Origin: Escherichia phage ECML-10
Sequence record: OL631479.1
Length of the DNA stretch: 64,000 nt
Reading direction: 5' to 3' (one strand)
In this document: in pieces, positions 56,548 through 64,000 of the stretch
How positions within the stretch are numbered: the first letter of the stretch is position 1
Layout of the letters: every line of letters begins with the position of its first letter
The notes under the pieces: generated by a model
Databases searched by the model: none
What the model saw: only the letters and a program-made list of their open reading frames with translations
What the model was told of the DNA's origin: nothing
Made by a program: the position numbers and the translations under genes

Positions 56548-57756
56548 ATGATTACCAAAAACTACTTGAAAGTCCACAAAATGGGTCTTGGTGAAGAACG
56601 TATCACACCTGTGTTCCCTAAAGTGCTGTTCTTCCTAGAAGAGGGTGTCAACATGAACCCTGGAGATCCTAACTATGATTTGAAACGATTAGCTCTGGAA
56701 TGCTCTGCAGAGCGGATTTATCCTGACTTTGTTTCTGTTCCACTAAATCGTAAAGTGACAGGCTCGACAGATGGTAAAGTAACGAGCATGGGTTGCCGGA
56801 GTTTTCTTAGCAAATACAATGACTTGGAAACAGGCGAGGAGAAATACCTTGGTAGATTTAACTTAGGCGTTGTTAGCCTTAACCTGCCAATGATTGCGGC
56901 AAAAGCTAAGACGGAAGGTGTTGATTTCTTTGCCGTTCTTGACGAGTATCTGGATTTGGCATATGAAGCTCACCTTGTAAGGGTTAACCGTCTGAAAGGC
57001 ACCAAAGCAGGGCAGAACCCTATCATGTGGTGTGAAGGCGCTCTTGCTCGCCTGGATCCTGAAGAGAGTATTGATAAACTCTTCTATGACGGGTACGCTT
57101 CCATCAGTATTGGGTATATTGGTGTGTATGAAACCTGTCAGATTTTGGGCAGGGAGGGTGACAAGGCTTTAGCTCTTGGAATACTTCAGCACATGAGAGA
57201 TGCTTGTGAGCGATACAAGAAGGAAAGTAGACTAGCGTTTAGCTTGTACGGCACCCCTTCTGAGAGTCTATGCTATAAAGCTGCAACCTGTCTGGATCGT
57301 GAATATCCTGAAGTGTTGAAGCACGAGCATGAATATCTCACCAACAGTTTCCATCAGCCAGTATGGATCAATAGCTCTCCTTTTGATAAGTGGGAGTATG
57401 AGGAAGGTTTTGCTATGATCTCCTCTGGTGGCAACATCGGATACGTAGAGACACCAAATCTGAAAAACAACTTAGATGCTTTGGAAGCTCTTGTTGATTT
57501 CGGATATAAACACATTATGTATTTTGGTATCAACCAGCCTGTGGATAAATGTCTCAAGTGTGGTTTCTCTGGTGAGTTCAGTGCAACAGCTAAAGGCTTT
57601 GTATGCCCAGAGTGCGGAAACCATGAAGAGGGAACGATCAGCGTAATTCGACGTGTGTCTGGATACCTTTCCAGTCCTAACTCTCGTCCTTACAATAAAG
57701 GTAAGCAAGCGGAAGTTATCGAGCGAGTTAAGCACTACGGAAGTTGTGGTTGCTGA
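56548..57756 (+). CDS. nrdD: Anaerobic ribonucleotide reductase NrdD, C-terminal part (putative exon 2)
   Basis: Glycyl-radical motif RRVSGYLS near C-terminus; Zn-ribbon CLKCG...CPECG. Confidence 0.8.
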   Translation: MITKNYLKVHKMGLGEERITPVFPKVLFFLEEGVNMNPGDPNYDLKRLALECSAERIYPDFVSVPLNRKVTGSTDGKVTSMGCRSFLSKYNDLETGEEKYLGRFNLGVVSLNLPMIAAKAKTEGVDFFAVLDEYLDLAYEAHLVRVNRLKGTKAGQNPIMWCEGALARLDPEESIDKLFYDGYASISIGYIGVYETCQILGREGDKALALGILQHMRDACERYKKESRLAFSLYGTPSESLCYKAATCLDREYPEVLKHEHEYLTNSFHQPVWINSSPFDKWEYEEGFAMISSGGNIGYVETPNLKNNLDALEALVDFGYKHIMYFGINQPVDKCLKCGFSGEFSATAKGFVCPECGNHEEGTISVIRRVSGYLSSPNSRPYNKGKQAEVIERVKHYGSCGC

Positions 57757-57822
57757 TACTTGACAAAAGCCACAAGGATGTGGCACACTTAGTTCAAAGA
57801 TTAGAGCTAAGAAGGTTCAGCA

Positions 57823-58950
57823 GTGTCCAGAAAACTTACAACAGATGAGTTTATAAAGAGGGCAAAAGCAGTTCATGGAGATAAGTATGATTACTCTAAG
57901 GTTGAGTATGTAAATGCCTGCACCAAGGTTATAATTATCTGCCCATATCATGGAGAATTTGAACAAGCTACCCACCAACACCTTGCAGGACGAGGCTGCC
58001 GGGAATGTGGAAAGCTAAAAATGGCACAAAGCCACATTATACCACATAAGGAGTGGTTGAATGTTATCCAAGAGGTCAATCCTTATGTCGAAGTGATTGG
58101 AGAAATAATAAGCTGCAGAACAAAAGTGCCGTGCCGCTGCAAAATTTGCAGTCATGAATGGTCAGCAATGCCTTATCTTCTTAAACAAGGACATGGGTGC
58201 CCTAGATGCGGCAAGCTAAAATTCGCACAAAGCAGAGCTATAGCCCATACCGAGTGGGTCGAGGACATAACGAAGAAAAATACATATATTGAAATAGTAG
58301 AAAGGGTTAAAAATAGCGATACACCAGTATTGGCACGATGCAAAATTTGTAGTCATGAATGGTTAGCAAGACCATCCCATCTTAAACGAGGGCATGGGTG
58401 CCCTAGATGTAAAGGCAATGCAAAGAGATCCCATGTGGAATGGGTAGGGCATATAAAGGTTGTCAATCCAAGTATTAAAGTGCTTGGAAAAATTAAAAAC
58501 GGCAGTGCAAAAGTATTATGTAGGTGTAAGATTTGTGATTATGAATGGTCTCCTGCTCCTATTAGGCTCAAGCAAGGACATGGGTGCCCTAGATGTGCTA
58601 ACTACGGCTTTTTATCGTACAATCACGGCAAACTTTACATTATGGTTGATGACTTAGAAGTACCAACACTTATGAAGATCGGTATTAGCGTCAGTGTCGA
58701 AGAGAGAAAAGATAGGATATTGAAAAGTGCCAAAAGGGCAGGGGTAGGTATTTATGATCTCTACCTGGCGAAAACGTGGGAAGGATCAACTCAAAACATG
58801 GCAGATTTAGAAAAATCTGTGCATAAGGCCTTCAGCAAGTATAAAATAAACTTCCCTGTAAAATTTGATGGTAGCACAGAATTCTTCTACTACAGGCCTG
58901 AAGTGTTTGACACGGTGGAAGAAGTATACAGGAAGATTTGTGGTAAATGA
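57823..58950 (+). CDS. Zinc-finger repeat protein with C-terminal GIY-YIG/T5orf172-like domain (putative nuclease)
   Basis: Four ~60-aa repeats (C-x-C-K-I-C...HEW...GHGCPRC) also visible as nucleotide repeats; C-terminal KLYIMVDD...MKIGIS; GTG start. Confidence 0.35.
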   Translation: MSRKLTTDEFIKRAKAVHGDKYDYSKVEYVNACTKVIIICPYHGEFEQATHQHLAGRGCRECGKLKMAQSHIIPHKEWLNVIQEVNPYVEVIGEIISCRTKVPCRCKICSHEWSAMPYLLKQGHGCPRCGKLKFAQSRAIAHTEWVEDITKKNTYIEIVERVKNSDTPVLARCKICSHEWLARPSHLKRGHGCPRCKGNAKRSHVEWVGHIKVVNPSIKVLGKIKNGSAKVLCRCKICDYEWSPAPIRLKQGHGCPRCANYGFLSYNHGKLYIMVDDLEVPTLMKIGISVSVEERKDRILKSAKRAGVGIYDLYLAKTWEGSTQNMADLEKSVHKAFSKYKINFPVKFDGSTEFFYYRPEVFDTVEEVYRKICGK

Positions 58951-59002
58951 TCGTAGAAAGATATGCATATCTTAAATATGCTATTAACTAAGGAGGTTCA
59001 GT

Positions 59003-59119
59003 ATGTCATCGGGTATCTATAAAATCTGCAAGTGCGGTTGTCATTGTAATCTTCGTTGGTGCAAGGCACTGGACGATTTTATTTGGCATTGCCCTAAATG
59101 TGATGCGGAGTATCTATGA
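59003..59119 (+). CDS. Small Cys-rich zinc-ribbon-like protein (38 aa), not in ORF track
   Basis: RBS AAGGAGG 7 nt before ATG; MSSGIYKICKCGCHCNLRWCKALDDFIWHCPKCDAEYL; stop overlaps nrdG ATG. Confidence 0.4.
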   Translation: MSSGIYKICKCGCHCNLRWCKALDDFIWHCPKCDAEYL

Positions 59120-59589
59120 ACATTGCCGGATACACAGAAATATCTTACACCGAAGGGCCAGGTATTAGAACTGCCTTATGGGTATCTGGGTGCCCACACG
59201 CCTGCCCTGGTTGCTTTAATCAGGCATTTTGGTCAAAAGATAAAGGAAGAGAGTTCACTGAAGAAGACTTGCAAAAAATCTTGTCAGATTTAGATAACCC
59301 GTCTGTGTGCGGTATCTCTCTGCTGGGTGGAGAACCCTTAGCATACTATAATGAGCCAGATATTATTAACCTGATGGAGAAAATTAAGGAAAAATTTGGT
59401 GACAAGAAAACTATTCTTGTATATACTGGGTTCACATTTGACCATATCTCTAGCGATGTTCTTAAACTGGCTGATATCATCATTGACGGTAAGTATGTAA
59501 AAGATTTACCAACCAAGAAACCGTTCCGAGGTAGCGATAACCAAAGAATGTTTAAAAAAGTATCAGGCGGTTGGGTTCAGGTAGACTAG
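59116..59589 (+). CDS. nrdG: Anaerobic ribonucleotide reductase activating protein NrdG
   Basis: 157 aa; radical-SAM CxxxCxxC motif CPHACPGC. Confidence 0.8.
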   Translation: MNIAGYTEISYTEGPGIRTALWVSGCPHACPGCFNQAFWSKDKGREFTEEDLQKILSDLDNPSVCGISLLGGEPLAYYNEPDIINLMEKIKEKFGDKKTILVYTGFTFDHISSDVLKLADIIIDGKYVKDLPTKKPFRGSDNQRMFKKVSGGWVQVD

Positions 59590-59592
59590 TTG

Positions 59593-59622
59593 TTGACAAA
59601 GCTTTGTTTAGATAGGTATAAT
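59593..59622 (+). promoter_or_regulatory. Sigma70-like promoter (TTGACA-N18-TATAAT)
   Basis: Consensus hexamers; same family as 42251, 50346, 60986. Confidence 0.6.
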
Positions 59623-59653
59623 TATCGTAAAATGAAAGCAGAGGAGGTGCCAA

Positions 59654-59767
59654 ATGGCTAAAAAAGCCTTGAAGAAGGCGTACAAGAAAGAGATTGCGCT
59701 TGAGCTTAAGAAAAAACACAAGCGTGAAAAGAAACATCATGAGGATGAAGAGGGGGTGCAACAGTGA
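59654..59767 (+). CDS. Small Lys-rich basic protein (37 aa), not in ORF track
   Basis: RBS GAGGAGG; MAKKALKKAYKKEIALELKKKHKREKKHHEDEEGVQQ; stop overlaps GTG start of next ORF. Confidence 0.35.
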   Translation: MAKKALKKAYKKEIALELKKKHKREKKHHEDEEGVQQ

Positions 59768-60114
59768 CACAAGAACGTATCGATTTGGCTAATAAGTTTG
59801 TAGATCTCATTTTGCCACGGTTAGTTACTCAACATGCAGACGCTATTTCTACTAATCTTGATGGCTTACGTCTAATGCTAAATCGCACAGATGACCCTCG
59901 TATTCGGGCTGATTTAGAAGCCTCTGCCAACAAACTGGAAAAGTTCTTGCAAGTAGATACGCAAGAAGCCTTACACAAGATTATGGTGGAAGGTTTCTCT
60001 AAAGAATTTACCATTAAAGAGCTTAAGGAGCTGATCCACCAAGAAGAGATGAATATCCGAGTTCAGGCTGTTGCAAGCAGCATGGAGGCGGCTATTGAAA
60101 AACTGTTGCAGTAA
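59764..60114 (+). CDS. Hypothetical protein
   Basis: 116 aa helical ORF, GTG start. Confidence 0.3.
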   Translation: MTQERIDLANKFVDLILPRLVTQHADAISTNLDGLRLMLNRTDDPRIRADLEASANKLEKFLQVDTQEALHKIMVEGFSKEFTIKELKELIHQEEMNIRVQAVASSMEAAIEKLLQ

Positions 60115-60152
60115 AAGTACTTGGCACATCTCAATCTGAAAGGAGTCCCAAC

Positions 60153-60941
60153 ATGGGTCGAGCTAAAGAAACAAAACGCATGCGTGATGAAGCTAGAGAG
60201 GCTCGCAAATCTGATCGCCTGCGTAAGGCTGCTGAGAAATTTGCTGACGAACGAGAGCACACCGCTCCAGCTCTCCGACCAATGAATAAAAAGCAGCAAA
60301 AGTATCTTGATTATCTAGGGTCACGTAAGATTATTATTGTAAACGGTGTGTTTGGATCCGGTAAGACATTCATGGCATCTGCATATGCAGGTGATCTTCT
60401 GCGTAAGAATGAGATTGATAAGATCATTGTTGCACGTCCTTATGTACAGACCGGAAAATCAAGCGGATACAAACCGGGAACGTCAATGCAGAAGCTTTGG
60501 CCTTACCTTCGTAGTATGATGGACACGATTTGTCGTCGTGTTGGCAAAGGTGCTTTTGCCGCAATGCTGGGAGACGGTCAGAACAGCCGTATCGAGATTT
60601 GTGAAGTTGAAAGCATTCGTGGTCGTAGTTTCGATGAGCGATGCTTTGTCCTGATTGACGAGGCACAGCAAACTAACCCTGAAGAAATGTTGTCAATTAT
60701 CACAAGGATCTCTGATCAGGCCACCCTTGTAATTATGGGCGATAATAGCCAACGTGACATCCCTGGTAAATCTGGCCTTGCATGGGTGACGGATTTCTTT
60801 ACTCGTCATCCAGATCCTGAGGTTGGAATGATCAGCTTTGATAGTCCAGACGATGTCGTTCGTTCCGGGTTGGGTCGTCAGATTGCACTCAATCTTATTG
60901 AGGATCGTGCAAATCATATTTGGACCCCTGTTTCCGAGTAA
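60153..60941 (+). CDS. phoH: PhoH-like ATPase
   Basis: 262 aa; Walker A GVFGSGKTF and PhoH-like downstream motifs. Confidence 0.85.
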   Translation: MGRAKETKRMRDEAREARKSDRLRKAAEKFADEREHTAPALRPMNKKQQKYLDYLGSRKIIIVNGVFGSGKTFMASAYAGDLLRKNEIDKIIVARPYVQTGKSSGYKPGTSMQKLWPYLRSMMDTICRRVGKGAFAAMLGDGQNSRIEICEVESIRGRSFDERCFVLIDEAQQTNPEEMLSIITRISDQATLVIMGDNSQRDIPGKSGLAWVTDFFTRHPDPEVGMISFDSPDDVVRSGLGRQIALNLIEDRANHIWTPVSE

Positions 60942-60985
60942 TACAGAAGGGTGGTTATTCCACCCTTAAATATCTAAAACAGTTG

Positions 60986-61014
60986 TTGACAAATAGGCAA
61001 GCTTTAGATATTAT
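60986..61014 (+). promoter_or_regulatory. Sigma70-like promoter (TTGACA-N17-TATTAT)
   Basis: Follows hairpin 60947-60967; -10 context GATATTATTATCGG resembles promoter at 42251. Confidence 0.55.
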
Positions 61015-61041
61015 TATCGGACAAAACAAGGAGAAGGACAG

Positions 61042-61354
61042 TATGGCCACAATACAAGAGAAACTGAATAAAATATACTGCCTGTTTGTCTATAACGGCG
61101 AGACAATTTTGGCATATAAAGGATCCAAGAATGTATGGATCAAGGACAGTGGTGGTAATATAATCAATTTAGCGTTGCTACGTGAGCGCCGACACAGATT
61201 CTTTATCGAGTCTAGAATTATTGAAAGTAGTACCTGCTACAGAACAGGCGATAAAGTAATTGTTGACAATGATACGTGGTATGTGGTAGACTGGCAATCA
61301 TTGAGCTGTGATGCTTCTGACAATCGTAAGTACTCTATAGTGATTGCTAAATAA
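61042..61354 (+). CDS. Hypothetical protein
   Basis: Start ATG 61042 with RBS AAGGAGAAGG downstream of promoter. Confidence 0.3.
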
Positions 61355-61414
61355 AGGTAAATGTGAATCAGGTTTAAATAAATAGCTTTCAACTTCCAAT
61401 ATTAAGGATTTCTC

Positions 61415-62464
61415 ATGAATTTAACACCTCGCAGCACCATGGTACACGGCATGAAAGAAAAACAGAACGGTTTCGAACCTATGAGTAATAAAATGTTCGG
61501 TATGCCGGGTGGTATTATGGAAACATACAGCTACCCAACACCAGTTGTTGACCACGTTCTTTATATCGACGATTTGGAAGACTTACAAGATCATATGTCT
61601 CGTCTGCAGACGATCCGTATGGCTCAGCCGGAAGAAAGCATTCGGGTGATCATCAATAGCCCTGGGGGTTGCGTGCACATTGCAATGGCTTATCTGCAGG
61701 CATTCCGCGAGTCTCAGGCAAGCGTTGTTGCACATGCTGAAGGGATGTGTTGCTCTGCTGGAACAATCTTATGGCTTGGTTGCAAAGAACGTACTGTGGC
61801 TCCGGACACAGAATTTATGTTCCACTACTATCAAGGTGGCACTTATGGTAACGGTGTGAACATGAATACTCAGGTCAGCTACTGGAAAAAACGTTTTGAA
61901 CGCCTGATCGAAAAATACTACGGTGAGGTGCTGACAGAAGATGAGATCGCATCCATCACAGCTGGTGGCGAAGTGTGGTTGGACGGAGAAGAGCTGGCAG
62001 CACGCACTGGAGCTATTATTCTGGATGAAGGCAACATACAACGCATCCAGAACGGACAAAAACCGAAAAAGCTTCTGGCAAAAGGTGATGAGGAAGGCGT
62101 GTTAGGTGAAGCAGGTCTTCCGGAGATTCACCAGTGCACATCTTTAGATGAGTTAGTTCATGCTGTTGAATCTGCAAAAGAGGGTGGTTCGAAAGGTGAT
62201 GTTCACACTGTGTTCCTGAATCTGCAGATGGAAAGTGGCGAGACCGTCCGAATTGCCCTGGGTGAGATTACTTCAGAAGATCTGCAGAGATTCTCTGTCG
62301 TTGAACTTCAGGATATTCTGTCTCAATTGAAGACCACTCTGAACGGCGGTGAAGAGGTTAAGGTGAAAGATAAGACTCGCAAGCGTCTTGTGGACAATAT
62401 TATTAAAACAGCAAAAGAGCTCAATGAAAAAATCCTGGGTGCAGGAATTGTCGAAGAAGCTTAA
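61415..62464 (+). CDS. ClpP-like serine protease (S14 family) with C-terminal extension
   Basis: VIINSPGGCVHIAMA and HAEGMCCSAGT (catalytic Ser context); ~150 aa Glu-rich C-terminal extension. Confidence 0.7.
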   Translation: MNLTPRSTMVHGMKEKQNGFEPMSNKMFGMPGGIMETYSYPTPVVDHVLYIDDLEDLQDHMSRLQTIRMAQPEESIRVIINSPGGCVHIAMAYLQAFRESQASVVAHAEGMCCSAGTILWLGCKERTVAPDTEFMFHYYQGGTYGNGVNMNTQVSYWKKRFERLIEKYYGEVLTEDEIASITAGGEVWLDGEELAARTGAIILDEGNIQRIQNGQKPKKLLAKGDEEGVLGEAGLPEIHQCTSLDELVHAVESAKEGGSKGDVHTVFLNLQMESGETVRIALGEITSEDLQRFSVVELQDILSQLKTTLNGGEEVKVKDKTRKRLVDNIIKTAKELNEKILGAGIVEEA

Positions 62465-62476
62465 ACATTAATTCTA

Positions 62477-62500
62477 AAGCCCTCTTCGGAGGGCTTTTAT
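62477..62500 (+). terminator. Rho-independent terminator after ClpP-like gene
   Basis: Hairpin AAGCCCUC-UUCG-GAGGGCUU followed by UUAU. Confidence 0.55.
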
Positions 62501-62515
62501 GATCTGGAGATTTGC

Positions 62516-63049
62516 ATGACTTGTGCTAGAAAACCTGATGAACAACGTAACGCATACGATGAGTATGTGACACCGGAGTGGTGTGCAGAAGGGCTGTATG
62601 ACCTCATTCCGTTCCCAGAAGATTGGACCTATTTGGAGCCTTGCAGAAATAGCGCCTCAGGCGTGTTCTACTCCCGTATGCCGTTAGGATCTGCATGGGG
62701 AGAAATCCAAGAAGGTGTTGACTATCTGAATACAGAATACAACCATGTTGACTGTATTATCACCAACCCACCGTACAGCTTGGCTCGTGAGTTTGTAGAC
62801 AAGGCGTTGAAAGATGCTGACGTAGTTATTATGCTTTTGCGTCTTAATTTTCTGGAAAGCAAAGCCAGATTTGAATGGTGGCTTGATAATGCACCTACCA
62901 CTGTGATCACAATATCTAAGCGTCCATCATTCCAATCGAATGGCAGAACTGACGGGCAAGCATATGCATATTTTGTATGGGACAAGAAAAACCGTCTAGA
63001 CTTGCCGCCATTTATGTGGTTGGCACCACCAGAGGCAGATTTGAAATGA
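62516..63049 (+). CDS. Small N6-adenine methyltransferase-like protein
   Basis: 177 aa; DCIITNPPY (motif IV) and EPCRNSASGVF (motif I-like). Confidence 0.4.
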   Translation: MTCARKPDEQRNAYDEYVTPEWCAEGLYDLIPFPEDWTYLEPCRNSASGVFYSRMPLGSAWGEIQEGVDYLNTEYNHVDCIITNPPYSLAREFVDKALKDADVVIMLLRLNFLESKARFEWWLDNAPTTVITISKRPSFQSNGRTDGQAYAYFVWDKKNRLDLPPFMWLAPPEADLK

Positions 63050-63330
63050 AAATGAGTGCTAAGGACAAGTTGCACCAGTTAGCGCTAAAACGTCCTGTAA
63101 CGCTCCCTGACGAGCTTAACTCCATTTATGATGCGATTGTAGGGGAGATACAAAATAAAGCGTTAGCAGGCTTTCTGGGATGCGGATTTTCGATAAATCT
63201 ACCCTCACATCTCTCAGATTACTTCCCGCATATTGTTGGGGATTTGAGGGCAGGAGGTCTGCAGGTAGATGTTGTTGGCATCTCTCCAGAGAAAAATAAC
63301 ACGGTTGCCTACTTGACAGTAACCTGGTAG
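63046..63330 (+). CDS. Hypothetical protein
   Basis: ATG overlaps upstream stop (ATGA). Confidence 0.25.
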   Translation: MKMSAKDKLHQLALKRPVTLPDELNSIYDAIVGEIQNKALAGFLGCGFSINLPSHLSDYFPHIVGDLRAGGLQVDVVGISPEKNNTVAYLTVTW

Positions 63331-63364
63331 TTGTGTATTGTTGTTATCAACAAGGGGGTCATTT

Positions 63365-63604
63365 ATGTACAAGTCATTTTCAATTTACTCAAGACAGGCG
63401 AAACACTACACAGAGATCCTGATTACTCAGAAAAAATCTGTAGAGGGTGAGTGGGAGTATCACCATAAAATGTTGCGTCCAGCTTGGGTTTTTGATAGAC
63501 TTATTGCTATGATCCCTCTTGGAGAAGTATACCCTCTGACAGGTCATAGGGATGCTTGGGATTTAATTGATTACATAGATTCATTTAAGGAGCCCAGTGT
63601 ATGA
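63365..63604 (+). CDS. Hypothetical protein
   Basis: ATG 63365 with RBS AAGGGGG. Confidence 0.25.
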   Translation: MYKSFSIYSRQAKHYTEILITQKKSVEGEWEYHHKMLRPAWVFDRLIAMIPLGEVYPLTGHRDAWDLIDYIDSFKEPSV

Positions 63605-63999
63605 AGATTGAGATCACTAAAGAAGGTAAGAAAGTGTCTGGAGACTATGCAACAGTAATTCGAGATTTAATGTTTGAAACCACCAAGTTCGGCACATCTA
63701 AAGTTGGTCAAACGGTGAGTGTGCAAGGTAATATCACCTCAGGAGAGAAGATAATCATCGTGATCAAAGGACAAGATCCTGTGGAAGGAACAGTGGGCCG
63801 AGGAGGCTACCTGTGCATTTCTGAAGAACCGCGCATGCTGGTTGCTGATGACTCCACAGGTAAAAAGCGGGTATGTAACACTGACGAGGTGATGATTATC
63901 TATCCAGTCAACCCAGATGATCCTGCAACATGGATTGTGGGGAATGAAATCTTCTCTTTAGAAGAGTTATCCTTCCCAGCTCCGCGCTCTGTTCAGTAA
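63601..63999 (+). CDS. Hypothetical protein
   Basis: 132 aa ORF, start overlaps upstream stop. Confidence 0.25.
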   Translation: MKIEITKEGKKVSGDYATVIRDLMFETTKFGTSKVGQTVSVQGNITSGEKIIIVIKGQDPVEGTVGRGGYLCISEEPRMLVADDSTGKKRVCNTDEVMIIYPVNPDDPATWIVGNEIFSLEELSFPAPRSVQ

Positions 64000-64000
64000 T

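Noticed and set aside
60920-61041. Upstream extension of ORF 60920-61354
   Set aside because: Overlaps the end of phoH and spans a hairpin and a consensus promoter (60986-61014); the ATG at 61042 with a strong RBS is the plausible start.
1-64000. Prophage or lysogeny features (integrase, repressor, att sites)
   Set aside because: No tyrosine/serine recombinase-like ORF, CI-like repressor or flanking host genes seen; gene content (RNR, ThyX, tRNAs, homing endonucleases) fits a virulent phage.

Overview
The window reads as a contiguous piece of a large virulent tailed dsDNA phage genome; no integrase or lysogeny genes were seen. Layout: (i) 1-29.7 kb, minus strand: a late structural/packaging module (split large terminase, portal, scaffold, lambda D/E-like decoration and major capsid proteins, neck proteins, putative sheath and tube, tape measure, baseplate proteins, three tail fiber/spike proteins) plus a spanin pair. 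(ii) 30.1-31.1 kb: seven minus-strand tRNA genes. (iii) 31.2-34 kb: small minus-strand ORFs and a ~660 bp non-coding region with a GC-rich structured segment, an AT-rich tract and four tandem palindromic 21-bp repeats. (iv) 34-64 kb, mostly plus strand: an RNA-repair cluster (P-loop polynucleotide kinase, metallophosphoesterase, T4 Rnl1-like RNA ligase) translationally coupled to a Sir2-family gene, then DNA ligase, lambda R-like endolysin, flap endonuclease, RuvC-like and endonuclease VII-like resolvases, DEDD exonuclease, two N6-adenine methyltransferase-like genes, dNMP kinase-like and HAD phosphatase genes, ThyX, NrdA/NrdB/glutaredoxin, split NrdD plus NrdG, PhoH and a ClpP-like protease. 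Three HNH homing endonucleases are present, two of them inside interrupted genes (terminase large subunit and nrdD), consistent with group I introns. All calls are from reading the sequence and recalled motifs; no database search or folding was run, and gene starts and splice boundaries are approximate.
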